From assembly GCF_009914755.1 (NCBI RefSeq), contig NC_060929.1: a stretch of 64,000 nucleotides of DNA; one strand, 5' to 3'. The position numbers and the translations under genes are program-made. The DNA is from the human T2T-CHM13v2.0 reference genome, Homo sapiens. Every line of letters starts with the position of its first letter. Position 1 is the stretch's first letter. The notes below the pieces were generated by a model that had not been told where the DNA came from, searched no databases, and saw only the letters and a program-made list of their open reading frames with translations. Positions 13,825-27,929 of this stretch are shown piece after piece.

Positions 13825-14149
13825 TTTTTTTTATTACAATTTTTTTTCGAGACGGAGTCTCCCTCTGTTGCCCAGGATGGAGTGCAGTGGCGCGATCTCT
13901 GCTCACTGAAACTTTCGCCTCCTGGGTTCAAGCGACTCTCCTGCCTCAGCCTCCCGAGTAGCTGGGACTACAGGTGGATGCCTCCACACCCGGCTAATTT
14001 TTGTGGTTTTTTTTTTGTTTGTTTTTTTTTTGGTAGAGACAGGGTTTCACCATATTGGCCAGGCTGGTCTTGAACTTCTGACCTCGTGATCCACCTGCCT
14101 CAGCCTCCCAAAGTGCTGCCATTACAGGTGTGAGCCACCTCACCCGGCC
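13825..14149 (-). mobile_element. AluS (Sc/Sg-like)
   Basis: Full antisense Alu; approximate TSD agtacaac(t/c)tttt. Confidence 0.93.
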
Positions 14150-14164
14150 GCAGTACAACCTTTT

Positions 14165-14460
14165 TAAGCAACTAGTATGTGCTAGGGACCATGCTATGTT
14201 GACATTTTCACTTATTTAATCTTCCCAGGCCTCCATGGCAGCAACTATGCCAACTGTAGTCACCAGTGCCAAGAGCAATAGATGGCACACAATGAGTACA
14301 CTAATAAAAACAGAATGAATGAAAATGAGGATGAATGAGATCGAATTTATCAATCCCATTTTATAAACAAGGAAGTTGAGGCTCTAAGAGGCTGGGTTTT
14401 TCAAGGCCACACAGCTGCAGATCACGGAGCTAGAATAGCTGATCCTTGGCCTGTCTTTAA
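14165..14460 (-). mobile_element. MIR (fragmented)
   Basis: atcccattttataaacaaggaagttgaggctctaagag ... tcaaggccacacagctg. Confidence 0.55.
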
Positions 14461-14874
14461 AATGTCTGATATTTCATTTTGTTAAATAAAATTAGAATTT
14501 ATTTACTAATATTTTATTTAGAATTACTCATGTTTGTAAAGTGAGATCAGCCCACAGATTTTCTTTCTCATACTACCCTTGTCAATTTGACATCAAGGTC
14601 TCTTCAGGCTCATAAAACATTGATTTGATTTTCCTATATTGCTATACGTTATTGGTTATTCTGCAAAGTAGAGATGGTCTGCTGTTGACTATTTGGTGCA
14701 AACCACCCATAAAGTCCTTCCAAACAAATGTTTATTAAGGAGAGGAGGTGGTTTTGACTATACTATCATTAGTATGTGAACGTTTGGCCCTTCCAGGTCA
14801 AATTCTGACCTATAATTTAAGGATATACAAATGAAAATAAAGCTCCTTTTCTGAATCAAATTTTTGAACAGTAG

Positions 14875-15560
<686 letters not shown>

Positions 15561-15599
15561 CATGTGTGTCACATTTCAGGAATAAGAAGGAGGTCAGCA

Positions 15600-17200
15600 T
15601 GGCTAGAAGATAATGGACTAGAAAGCTCTAGGCCCTTGTTCTCCCATGAAAACACTGAACTAACAACAACATACCGACCTAATAACTTTGTGAGAACTAC
15701 AAAAAAATCTATTAAGAAGCTTCTACAACTAAGAAAACCACTAATCAAGAAAAACTTCATCCAAAGTGATAGGAAATTTGTCTTTTGCTCACCCTTCCTC
15801 CTTCCGCTACTCATTATAGCATGGCATGACATGACATAATATGAGGAAAACTGCCCAGCTCCCAAGCTCCTCCTTTGGGATGGAAGAAAAATTTGGAACT
15901 CACGCAACGTTCTGCTTTACAACATTGTCTGAGGGCTGCTCTAGAGACAAGTTGCTGTCTCACCTGACTTTAAGGACTCATGGGAATAGTAGCATAGTTT
16001 GAATACCAGATTGTATGTTGCTGAAAGCAGCAGTGGGTGCCATGATGCGTTAAAACTTCAGGGAATCTGAAGTCCTGTGGGCACCAGGGAGCAAAACATT
16101 ATGGGCAGAAGAATAAAATAGCAACCCTAGGCTTCGGAGAAGAAGCAGGGATAACTTTCTTGGGGAAATTAAGACATTTAAAGCAGCAAATTATTGTTAC
16201 CAGGAACTGAAATAAAAGCATATGTGCAAGACACATCCCTAGAAAAACTCTGAAAGGACACACAGCCTCTATGTCACGAAGATCTTCCTCTGCACAGAAC
16301 TAGTCCATAAACACTGGAAGAGGCAGTTGTTTTTTCAAATGCCCAAGTCTCAACAAAAAAGGTCATAAAGCATACAAAGGAACAGGGAAACATGGCCCAC
16401 TGAAAAGAATAAAATAAATCTCCAGAAACAGGCCCTACAGAAATGCAGGTCTCTGAGACACTCGACAAAGAATGTAAAACAACTTTCTTAGAGATACTCA
16501 CAAAAGCTAAATGAGAACACAATAGACAACTAAATGAAATCAGGAAAATAATACACAAGCAAAATAATACCATCAATAAAAAGATAGAAACTACTTTTTT
16601 AAGTACCAAACAAAAATTCTGGAGCTGAACAATGCAATAACTGAATTTAAAAATATACTAAAAGAGTTCAACAGCAGGCTAGATGAAGCAGAATGAACTT
16701 GAAGGTGGGTCACTTCAAATTACCAAGTCAGAGAAGAAAAAAAAAAAATGAAGGAAATAAGGAAGTTATAAGACATCATTGTATACATTATGGAAGCCCT
16801 GGAAAAAGAAGAGAGAAAGAAAGGGACAGAGAGCTTATTTGAATAATGGCCAAAAACTTCCCACATTTGAGGATAGAAATGAGTGTACTAATACAAGCTC
16901 AATAAGAGACCCACATCAAACACAATATAGTCAAACTGCTGAAAGTCAAACAAAAAAGAATCGTGGAAGTAGAGAGAAAAGCAACGTATTATACACAAGC
17001 CTCTATAAGGTTATTAGCAAATTTCTCACCATAAACCTCAAAGGCCAGAAGGCAGTGAGATAATATACTCAAAGTACTGAAAGAAAAAAATGTCAATCGA
17101 GAATGCTATATTTGACAAAACTGCCCTTCAAAAACAAAGGAGAAATTAAGACTTTCCCAAATAAACAAAAGCTGAGGGAGTTCGTTACCACTAGAGCTGT
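15600..17200 (+). mobile_element. Old L1M 5' UTR/ORF1 fragment
   Basis: A-rich ORF1-like tract (aaattctggagctgaacaatgcaataactgaa ... gactttcccaaataaacaaaagctgagggagttcgttaccactag). Confidence 0.7.
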
Positions 17201-17244
17201 GTCAGTCAGATGGTGAAAATGATAATGGGTTAAACTCCATAGTA

Positions 17245-18575
17245 CAGTCAAGTGTTGCTTAACAACAGGGATACGTTCTGAGAAATGTATCATTAGTCAA
17301 TTCTGTCAGCAAGTATAATAGAACGCACTTATGTAAACCTAGATGGTATAGCCTACTACACACCTAGGCTCTCTGGGGTAGCCTAGTGCTCCTAGGCTAC
17401 AAATCTATAAACAGCATGTGACTGTCCTGAATACTGGCGGAAATTGTAACACAATGGTAAGTATTTGTGTATCTAAATATAGTTAACCAGAAAAGGTACA
17501 GTAAAATTACGGTACAAAAGACAAAAACATGTTACATCTGTATAGGGCATTTACCTTGAGTGGAGCTTGCCGGACTGAAAGTTGCTCTGAGTAAGTGAGT
17601 GAATGAGTGGTGAGTTAATATGAAGACCTAGGACATTACTGTACACTACTGTGGACTTCATAAACGCTGTGCACTTACGCTACACTAAATTTACAAAGAA
17701 AATTTCTTTCTTAAATAGTAACAACTTTATCTTACTGTAACTTTTTAGTTTATAAACTTTTCCACTTTTAACTTTTACTCTTTTGTAATAACACTCAGCT
17801 TAAAACACAATCACATTGTACAGCTAAATAAAAATATTTTCTTTCTTTACATCTTCATTCTATAAGCTTTTTTGTACTTAATTTTTTTTTACTTTCTAAA
17901 CATTTTCTTAAAAACTAAGACATAAATACACACATTAGCCTAGTACTACATAGGGTCAGGATAATCAATATCACTTTATTTTGCCTCCACATCTTGTCCC
18001 ACTGGAAAGGGCACTAACCTGTATAAAGCTGTCACCTCCTGTGCTAACAATACCTTCTTCTGGACAATCTCCTGAAGGACCTGCCTGAAGCTCTTTTATA
18101 GTTAACTGTTAAAAAAAAATGAGAGAAACTCTTGCTATGTTGCCCAGGCTGGTCTTGACTCTTAGGCTTAAAGGAGTTCCTTCCATCCTAAGTAGCTAGG
18201 ACTATAGGCACATGTCACCAAACTTTATATAACATTTTTTATATAAGTAGAAGAAGTACATTCTAAAATAACAATAAAAAGTATAGTGTGGTAAATACAT
18301 AAACTAGCAACATAGTTATTTATTATCATAATCAAATATCATGTACTGTACAAAATTATGTTATACTTTCATACTACCAGCAGTTGCATAGGTTTGTTTG
18401 CACAGTAGATTTGTTTAAACACCATAAACACATGAGTAATGCACTGTGCTATGGTTTTAAAGTGGCTGCATGCCACTAGACAAGAGGACTTTTTCAGCTC
18501 CGTTATAATCTCATGGGACCACTGTTGTATATGTGGTCCATCATTCACCAAACATTGTTATGTGGTGCGTGACTG
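17245..18575 (-). mobile_element. Tigger3b-like TcMar DNA transposon, with a small antisense Alu fragment at ~18120-18220
   Basis: Terminal inverted repeats cagtcaagtgttgcttaacaac / attgttatgtggtgcgtgactg flanked by TA; internal Tigger3-like sequence. Confidence 0.88.
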
Positions 18576-18584
18576 TATATAATT

Positions 18585-19497
18585 AACTTTTGTAAGTCAA
18601 CAACAACAAAAATAACCTAATTTTAAAATGGGCAAAGAACTTGAATGGACGTTTCTCCAAAGATAATATATAATGGCCAACAAGCATATTTAAAGATGCA
18701 TCACTTATCATCCAGAAAATACAAATCAAAATCAAAACCGTCAAACGATGACATTCTACCTCACACTTATTAGTATAACTTCTATTGAAACACACAGAGA
18801 GAAAGAGAAAGAGAGAGAAAGAGAGAATAACAAGTGTTGGCAAGGATGTGGAGATCTTTGCCTTGGAATACTTGTACATTGTTGGTGGGAATGTAAAATG
18901 GTGCAGTCACTAGGCTAAATAGTATGGGGGTTCCTCAAAAAATTAAAAGCAGAATTACCAAATGATTCAGTAATTCCACTTCTGGATTTATATGCAAAAT
19001 AATTGAAAACAGGCTCATGAAGAGATATTTGCATACCATGTTTATAGCAGAACTATTCACGATAGCTGAGAGTGGAAGCAACCCAACTGTCTATCAGTGG
19101 ATGAACTGATAAACAAAACGTAGTACACACAGACAATAGAAGATTATTCAGCCTTAAAATAAAAAGGATCCAAGGTTCATCTACCATGTGGATGAACCTC
19201 AAGGACATTACGCTAAGTAAAATAATCCAGTAACAGAAAGACAAATACTTTATGATTTCATTTATATGAGATATCTAAAGTAGTCAAACTTAATGAAACA
19301 GGAAGTAAAATGCTGGTTGCCAGAGGCTGGGGATAGGGAAATGAGAAGTCATTGTTCAGTGGGTACAGAGTTTCAGTTTTGCAAGATGAAAACATTCTGG
19401 AAATCTGTAACACAACAATGTGAATACACTTAACACTAATAACTGTACACTTAGAAATGGTTAAGATGGTAAATCTTATACTATGTGCTTTTTATTA
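18585..19497 (+). mobile_element. L1MB 3' end
   Basis: ORF2 C-terminal region and 3' UTR 'gagtttcagttttgcaagatgaaaacattctgga ... aatggttaagatggtaaat'. Confidence 0.8.
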
Positions 19498-19679
19498 TGA
19501 CACACACACACAAAATAAACTTGAGCCTAAGGAAAAGGAAACATTTCCTCACAGCCATTTACATAGTGAATAATAGAACCCAGGTTCAAATCCAGGTTTG
19601 TCTAACATCTCAGTTGAGGATTCCTTCTGCTGTACAACAGTGTTTTAGCTTTATATGTTAAAAAGTAATCTTAAGAGAC

Positions 19680-20940
19680 CTGTAGTGGTTACATTAATAT
19701 AGGGAAAAATAGACTAATAGAACTGAAAAGACAAATAATTTAATAATTGTAGTTGGAAATTTCAATGCTTCTCTCTCTGTAACTGATAGAATAACAAGAC
19801 CAACTTGACCTAACCGACATAATAGAACACTCCAACTAACAATAAGAAAATGTATTATTTTCAATCACACACACACATGGAATATCCTCCAAGATAAATT
19901 ATATACTAAGCCATAAAACATGTTTCCATAAATTTTAAAATTGGAAATTATACAAAGTATGTTTTCTGACCATAATGAAATTAAATCAGAAATCAACAGC
20001 AGAAAGCAATCAAGAAAATTCTCAAATATTTGGACATTAAACAACGCACTTCTAAGTAACCCACAGGGCAAAGAAGAAATTACAAGAGAAATAAAACAAA
20101 TAAAACCACAACATATAAAAATGCACAGCATACAGCTAAAACAGTGTTTGGATGATAATTAGTAGTTTTGAATGCATCCTAAAAAAGAAAAAACATATCA
20201 AAAATAAATAATCTAATGTTCTATTTTAAGAATCTGGAAGAGGAAGAATAAATCAAACACAAAAGAAGTAGACTACAATAATAGTAATGATAAGAACAGG
20301 AAATCAATAAATTACAAAAGCAGGAAAGCAAATAGAGGAAACCAATAAGACTAAAAGTCAATTCTTTTGAAAAGATCAACAAAATGTATGTACATTTAGC
20401 TAGAATGACTGAGAAAACAAACAAACAAACAAACAAACAAACAAAGACACAAACTACCCAAGTCAAGAATGAAGAAAGGAACATCACTACAAACCTACAG
20501 AAACTAAAACAATTAAGGGAACATTATAAACAAATTTATGCCAAAAAATTATACAACTTAGGTAAAGCGAACAAATTCCTAGACAGACACAAATTACCCA
20601 AACTAACTCGAGAAAGAGTAGAAAATCTGAATAGACATATATCAAGTAAAGAAACTTAATTAGTAATTTAAAATCTTCCCACATGAAAAAGCCCAGGCCC
20701 AGATGGCTTCACTGGCAAATTCTATCAAACTTTTAAGGAAGAAAATACGACACAAACTCTTTCTAAAAATAGACAAGCATGGAAAACTTCCCAATTCATT
20801 GTATGAGGCTGGCATTACCTTGGTCCCAAAGCAAGATAGACATCGTAAGAAAGGAAAACTACAGATCAATATCTCTCATGAACACAGACACGAAAAATAT
20901 TAAAATATTAACAAACTGAATCTAGCAACAAACAAAAAGG
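19680..20940 (+). mobile_element. L1M ORF2 fragment
   Basis: ORF track fragments MEIIQSMFSDHNEIKSEIN and KLPNSLYEAGITLVPK are L1 ORF2-like. Confidence 0.8.
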
Positions 20941-20944
20941 TAAG

Positions 20945-21358
20945 TTCTGTAGATTGGTGCTTCTTTCTTGCCTAGAAACCAGTCAGACTCTAAGTAGTTA
21001 CCACCTGAGAGACCGTTTCCCAGATACCATTGATGTCCCATCATATAGGACCCAGGAAAATAATGCTCATGGGGGGCTTTCTTCAAGGATTCATGGACAA
21101 GAATTGGTGATAAATGTCCCAGATACCTTGCCCTTTCACTGAGATGACTCTGGGGCATGTTTTACAGTCTCTCAGGCTGGCCAGTGAGATTGTGCCTCAG
21201 TACAGACTGTGCTAACCAGTTCCTGAACACATCTGTATGTGCTTTCTTTCCTTTCCTGTCCCACTTCCCTACACAATACTGGTGCTTCCTGGGGTCATTT
21301 CCCCAAAACTGTGAGTACTCACATCCTGGTCTCCAGTTCTGCTTCCAAGACAACCCTC
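20945..21358 (+). mobile_element. LTR16-like ERVL LTR
   Basis: 3' end 'ggtgcttcctggggtcatttcccc ... ttctgcttccaagacaaccc'. Confidence 0.4.
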
Positions 21359-22051
21359 CTTGCCAGCTCCTTTCATCTATGGCACAAGCTGAAAACAGTG
21401 CAGAAGAAAGTTTGCCACAATTTTTAATGAAGTTATTCTGCTTGAAGCCAGAAAGACAGATGGCACCTCCGATTGTAACTGACTTTCCCAAGAAAAGCCT
21501 AAAAAGAGAAAAACTCTTATGCGTAGAGAAGGAGAAAATTCAACCACAGAGGGAATTGAGTTGCCCTTGGGATTTGGCTTTCATATGTCTATAGGCAGAG
21601 CTGATGTGATTGTGGAAATCCAGTCTAATTATCATCTTCATTACAGTGATAGTGCTGACCTTACACAGCAAGTACCATGATATCAGGAGTCTTATCCCAT
21701 TTACCTTGGCAATTACCTGATGTTCTCATCATTTTGCAAGGCAGTTTGCATTAACACCCCCACCCCCACCCCAAGACCTTGTTGCCCAATTCTGTGCATG
21801 ATCTTCCTATATCTGGGGACAGGTGCAGGATAAGAATTAGGATCCAAAATTATAAGGGTCCATTCTGTTATTAATATCTCCCATTTTTACAACATCTCAT
21901 GCCTATGTGAATGAGTGCTGGGAAGGCATGAAAACAGAAACCCTGTCTCCAGTGTTTTCCCAGATCTGGTTTCAGCAGATTCACTCTTCTCATTCACTTC
22001 TTCAACAAACATTCATTTATGCACCTACTATGTTCCATCTCTGTGACACAG

Positions 22052-22627
22052 TGTGGTGGATACATCCCGAGGTGATCACCAACAATGAGTTACACCCTTG
22101 TACAACAGAACCTGTGACTTACTTCTAGCCAATAAGACATAGCAATGGTAACAGGAGGTCACTCCCTTGACCATATAAGACTTCATCTTAGCATACTGGA
22201 CTGGAAGAGACTCTCCCTTGCTGACTTTGAAAAAGAAAGCTGCCGTGTTTCAAAACAGGGTTGAATGGCAGCAACCTGAGGACAACTCCAGTGGTTTCCA
22301 GATGCTGGAAGCAGCCTCTAGCAGCCTTCTTGTTTCCTTCAGTCAACAAGAAAACAAGAAAACAGGGACTTCAGTCCTATAGCCATAAGGACACTGATGC
22401 TGCCTACAACCTGAGGGATTTTTGAAGCAGATTTTCCCTATTCAAGCTTCCAGAGAAGAATGCAGCCTGGCCAACATCTTGATACAGCCTCGTGATATTC
22501 TAAGCAGAGGACCCAGCTAAGCCATGCTTAGATTCCCGACCAGTGGAAACTCTGAAATAGTGAATGTGTGTCTCCCAAAGCCACTAAGTTTTTGATAATT
22601 TGTTACGCACCATAGAAAACCAATACA
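22052..22627 (+). mobile_element. MLT1E-type MaLR LTR; most of it forms the left arm (22093-22696) of an inverted repeat
   Basis: tgtggtgga ... gcagaggacccagctaagccatgc ... aagccactaagtttttgataatttgttacgcaccatagaaaaccaataca. Confidence 0.8.
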
Positions 22628-23172
22628 CAGAACTAGGGATACTCCTTGCTTCTCTAATACTCTTTGCCTTTGGATCTAGTTTCCCCATATTCAATCTCAA
22701 TCATTTTGCTTGACATCTCAAGTTGGATGCATCCCTCAGCCTCTTGCTCTGAAGAATTTGGGTATCTAACAGACAACCGGCAAAAGGAATCCAACCCATG
22801 GCCTGGAAAGACCAAGCTGGCTTGAAGCTGAACTACACAAAGGGAAGGGGAAAGGGCCAGTGCACTTGCACTGTCTTGAGAGATGGGTCAACATTGCTAG
22901 TGCCCACTAGCATCTGAGTCATCACCTTCTTCCTGAGCACAGTGTTAGACTACATTTCCCAGGCCCCTTGATGGTGATAACACTGGTTTTTGCCAATGGA
23001 GTATCAACTTCCAGAAGTGCTATTATCACCTCTAGGACAAGAGTTTAGAGTGGTGTACCTTCTCTATGCTTTATTCTCTTCTTCAACTCACCAACCAAAA
23101 AAAATCCAATGGAAAATTCTGAGACCCTAGAAAATAACAGAAACATGGGACAGAAGGAGCTTGGGTCCCTGA

Positions 23173-23533
<361 letters not shown>

Positions 23534-23544
23534 AATTGGACGGT

Positions 23545-24238
23545 TCTATCAGTCAGCATTCAACCAGAGAAATAGAATTAGTAGGAGATATATATTAAAA
23601 CATGCATTGCAAGGAATTGGCTTATACCATTGTGGGGCCTGCCTAGAAGCATCTGAAATCCTTAGGGCAGGCCATCAGGAAGGACAGGATGGAAGTTTCG
23701 AGCACAAGCTGAAGCTTCAGTCCTCAGGTGGGATTTTTCTTTTTTTTCTTTTTTAATCGATACATAATAATTAGACATATTTATGGAGTACATGTGATAT
23801 TTTGATACATGCATACAATGTGTAGTGATCAAATTAGGATAATTAGAATATCCATCACCTCAAATGTTTATCATTCCAACTTTTATTTGAAATGTTGGGA
23901 ACATCTCAAATCTTATTTTCTAGGTATTCTGAAATATACAATATTGTTAACTGTAGTCACACTACTGTGCTATTGAATACTAGCAAAACTACTATTAGAT
24001 AAGTGGGATTTATTCTTCTAGAGGAAATTGTCAACTCTATTCTTAAGGCCTTTCAACTGAAAGAATCAGGTTAAGGTTATCTAGGATAGTCTCCCCCAGT
24101 TAAAGCCAACTGATTATGGATTTTAATTACATCTACAAAGTACCCGTGCAGCAACATCTGAGTTAGTGTTTAATTGAATAACTGGGCACTGTTTAATTGA
24201 ATAACCTAGACAAGATGACACAAAAAACTGGCCATCAT
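23545..24238 (-). mobile_element. MLT2-type ERVL LTR interrupted by an antisense L1MA 3' fragment (~23735-23985)
   Basis: ccagagaaatagaattagtaggagatatata ... aaggaattggcttatacc; L1MA-like 'gtacatgtgatattttgatacatgcatacaatgtgtagtgatcaaattagg'; gtgggattt on both sides of the L1. Confidence 0.65.
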
Positions 24239-24659
24239 ATGGTGATGGCAATTAGTAAACACGACTGTGTTAAGCTGCTGATGATTGGGGTGTGTTTATT
24301 ACAACACTGAGAGAAGAGTCCACCCTGACTAATGAAAGCAAGCTATCATTCTTCAAAGAGTTGATTTTTACTCCTGAGAGTGGAGACAGTAATAGCTCAT
24401 TTCTGGGCTGTCTATATCCCTAATTAGTAAAGATTAGCGGCCCCCAAATACTTCTAGGACTCCTTTACAGGACACTAGTAGGTTTTCTCCTCATCAGTCT
24501 GAATCTCTAGCATATCAGCCTCCCCATGGCCGTAAATACTCCCAGGTCAAGCCACTTCATCTCTCACCTGGGCCATAGGCCACTCTCCTAACTAGCTGAT
24601 ATGGTTTCACTCTGTGTCACCCAAATCTCACATCAAATTGTAAGCCCCACAAGTCAGGG

Positions 24660-25482
24660 GAAATGTTGAAAAAAGAAAACTCACCACGCAAAACTCCCAG
24701 TACTCTTTTGTATGTTTTTTAGGGTTTCAGGATCAGGGAAGCTGTATCAGGCACTGGCTCTGGCTAATTTAAATAGAAGAATGGTTTGTTATGGTGATAT
24801 TGGATTGAATATGGGGAAACTAGATCCAAAGGCAAAGAGTATTAGAGAAGCAAGGAGTATCCCTAGTTCTGTGTACTGGTTTTCTATGGTGCGTAACAAA
24901 TTATCAAAAACTTAGTGGCTTTGGGAGACACACATTCACTATTTCAGAGTTTCCACTGGTCGGGAATCTAAGCATGGCTTAGCTGGGTCCTCTGCTTAGA
25001 ATATCACGAGGCTGTATCAAGATGTTGGCCAGGCTGCATTCTTCTCTGGAAGCTTGAATAGGAAAAATCTGCTTCGAAAATCCCTCAGGTTGTTGGCAGA
25101 ATCAGTGTCCTTATGGCTATAGGACTGAAGTCCCTGTTTTCTTGTTTTCTTGTTGACTGAAGGAAACAAGAAGGCTGCTAGAGGCTGCTTCCAGCATCTG
25201 GAAACCATTGGAGTTGTCCTCAGGTTGCATACAACTGAGGCTGTACTCAGGTTGCTGCCATTCAACCCTGTTTTGAAACACGGCAGCTTTCTTTTTCAAA
25301 GTCAGCAAGGGAGAGTCTCTTCCAGTCCAGTATGCTAAGATGAAGTCTTATATGGTCAAGGGAGTGACCTCCTGTTACCATTGCTATGTCTTATTGGCTA
25401 GAAGTAAGTCACAGGTTCTGTTGTACAAGGGTGATATTGGATTGTTCTTGCATCTCAGAGAGAGTGGAGGCCTGGATTCAGA
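24660..25482 (+). repeat. Direct copy of 30424-30609 (24660-24807 plus 25445-25482), split by an inverted insertion
   Basis: Manual alignment: 186 bp, ungapped, about 17 mismatches (~91%). Confidence 0.92.
24803..25433 (-). repeat. Inverted copy of 22093-22696 (right arm of a ~600-bp inverted repeat)
   Basis: Manual alignment: 6 mismatches in 604 bp plus one 27-bp indel; includes ~70 bp of unique flank beyond the MLT1E end. Confidence 0.97.
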
Positions 25483-25546
25483 TTCCCCCCATGCTGTTCT
25501 CATGACACTGAGCTCTCACAAGATCTGACGGATGAAAGTGTGGTAC

Positions 25547-25548
<2 letters not shown>

Positions 25549-25586
<38 letters not shown>
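25549..25586. repeat. (CT)n microsatellite within the LTR
   Basis: Uninterrupted tctc run. Confidence 0.9.
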
Positions 25587-25588
<2 letters not shown>

Positions 25589-27129
25589 GCCACCCTGTAA
25601 GACACGCCCTGCTTCCCCTTCACTTTCTGCCACATTAAGTTTCCTGAGGCCTCCCCAGCCATGCTGAATTGTGAGTCAATTAAACCTCTTTTCTTTATAA
25701 ATTACTCAGTCTCAGGTAGTTATTTATAGCAGTGTGAAAATGGATTAATACACTAGCGTCCCTGCTTTAAGACAGCCTCCCCGTGGCCACAACCCTTCCC
25801 ACGGTCTACCCCTGCCAGTTCATCCTCCACACTGTTATAGAATGCACTTTCTATGCACAAATTTGACCATGTTATTTCTCTTGTTAGTTATTTCTATCAT
25901 TCTTTTTTGCTTTTATATAAAGTCTAAAACCCACATTTCAAAAGACACTGGAAACTTTACAACTTCCATATTTAGCTTCAGCTTCTATCTCCTGCCTCCC
26001 CCAACTCTGGGTCACCATGCTGTACATTCATTCTACCCACACACGAATCTACTCCGTTTGCCTGGTAACACCTTACTCAGTTATATTTTCATGCTCTTAT
26101 TAAAAGTGATTGTGATCATTTATTTTGAGATCCCTAATAATAACTAATGCACATTTTCTCTTTTAATTTTCACAACTCCCCTTTAAGGTTGGAACATCAT
26201 TACAATCATCCTACAAAAGAGGAGATTAGGGCCCCACGTACTAAATGATTTGTCCAGGATTTCTCCGCTTGTAATCCTTAGATCTGACATTCAGACCCAA
26301 ACCAGCCCAACTCCGAAGCCTAAACTCTTAACCACCACACTAAACTGCTTCCCAAGTCTTCATACCTGTTGTTCTGTGCTGGTAATTTCCAATCTCACCT
26401 CCATAATTCTTACACTTTCACCTGGGAAGTACATCCTCACCCTTTAAATCTCAGTTCAAACATCACAGTGTCAGTACTGTTTTGCCTTCCTACCATCAAG
26501 AACTTGTCCTTCATTCTTGCACCTTCAGCTGTGCTTCCCATAGTAAGAGCATCTATCACACTCTTGTTTTTCTCTTTTCCTGACTGTACACTGACTAATA
26601 TGCAGTCAATCATCATGAAAATCTAGAAAGCAATTAAAGCCCTGACATATCCCTATAGGCTCTTGGAAAGTTGATCTGCAGAAATGCCAATTAGGCTATA
26701 GATGCTGCAAAAATAGCTAAGATCTTTCACATTTTGATACCCAGATCCTCTCTGTCATTCAAAAAACAGTCGGTATAATGAATACATAAATTATGTAAGT
26801 CATATGTGTAAACCAAAGATAGACAAAGATAAATATTGTAAGGCAAAGAATGCAGGCTATTACTGAGAGTGCCCTGTTAAGCAGACACATAAGTTAGAAG
26901 GTTTAACAGTGCCTGAATCTGGGTGGCACAGAAGATTCAGAATTCCTAACCAAAAAAGATGATTCTGCTCCCTCTTTTAAGAAGGATCTCAGCCTTGCTT
27001 CCTAAGTTGCAAAAGTGTATTGCTCAACAGAGATACTGGAAGGAAGGAAACCAGATAGGGAGCTAGCATCCTAGTCTCATCCTAAAATTGATTAAATGCC
27101 TTTTCATAGAGAAATGGAAGTATTCCATT

Positions 27130-27490
27130 GTATTACTGCCTACCAAATGTTCTGATTTCCCTGTCTGTGCTACCAATATCTGCAATAGAATTACACATCT
27201 CCATCCCGTTGAACACAGGGATAGTCACTTGCTTTTGACCTGAAATGTGAGTTGGCATGATATTTGTCACTTCAGGCAGAAGTTTTAGAGCTAGCCACAT
27301 CTCTTTTCCCCTCTGCCATGAAAGCTGGCACTGTCCCATACAGAAGTTGTTCATCAGCTTGGGTATCAGAGTGGAGATGCAGCAGCCCCGGGATGATGTG
27401 TTGCAGGGGCAGGTCATAAAATGTTATTGCTGAAAGCCACTGAGGTTTTAAAGCCACTTGTTATACCGCAGCATGTCCAGCCTATTCTAA
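27130..27490 (+). mobile_element. Old MLT1 LTR (H/I/J-like)
   Basis: cacttcaggcagaagttttagagc ... aagccactgagg ... ttgttataccgcagcat. Confidence 0.55.
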
Positions 27491-27929
27491 ATAAATGTAT
27501 CTGTTCAAAAAATGGAGCTTCTTCTATAAAAAAATAAAACATGGGTCTTTGGAGACTGGAGGGATGGAAGTCCCTGTAATGCAGAGGTAAAACATTTGGT
27601 AAAACTTTCACCTGCTGTAAGAGCCCTGATGAGCTTACAACTTTAGACAAGAAAGAGATGAGATCAGAAAGAATTGGTCAAATTTTAGCCAAGACTAAAG
27701 CACACTAGAAAATCCAGAAACTCAAGACCTTGTATATTTTGAAGAGCTACTCCTTCTGAAACCCAAACAGAGGAAAATAAAACCAAGAAGTGGCAAAGGT
27801 TGATTAAAAGCTGGCCTCCTGGGAAGGGCCAACTCAAGATTACAGCCATCACAACTTCTGTTAAGCCCTCTGAATTAAGATGGTATATGTGTCTTCTGAC
27901 TAGGTTGGTATGTGTGCACACACTTTATA

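Larger units (their letters stand above)
24597..25752 (+). mobile_element. MSTA/THE1D-type MaLR LTR split by an 823-bp composite insertion (24660-25482)
   Basis: tgatatggttt ... (24597-24659) resumes at 25483 ttccccccatgctgttctcatga ... ggattaataca; 5-bp TSD ctagc at 24592-24596 and 25753-25757. Confidence 0.9.

Noticed and set aside
13789-14073. Alu-derived ORFs (also 3895, 15170, 38663, 45207, 45719, 47478, 57714)
   Set aside because: Typical translations of Alu sequence with no evidence of coding function.
21157-21594. 145-aa ATG-initiated ORF
   Set aside because: Overlaps an LTR16-like remnant, has no recognisable homology and no supported exon structure.
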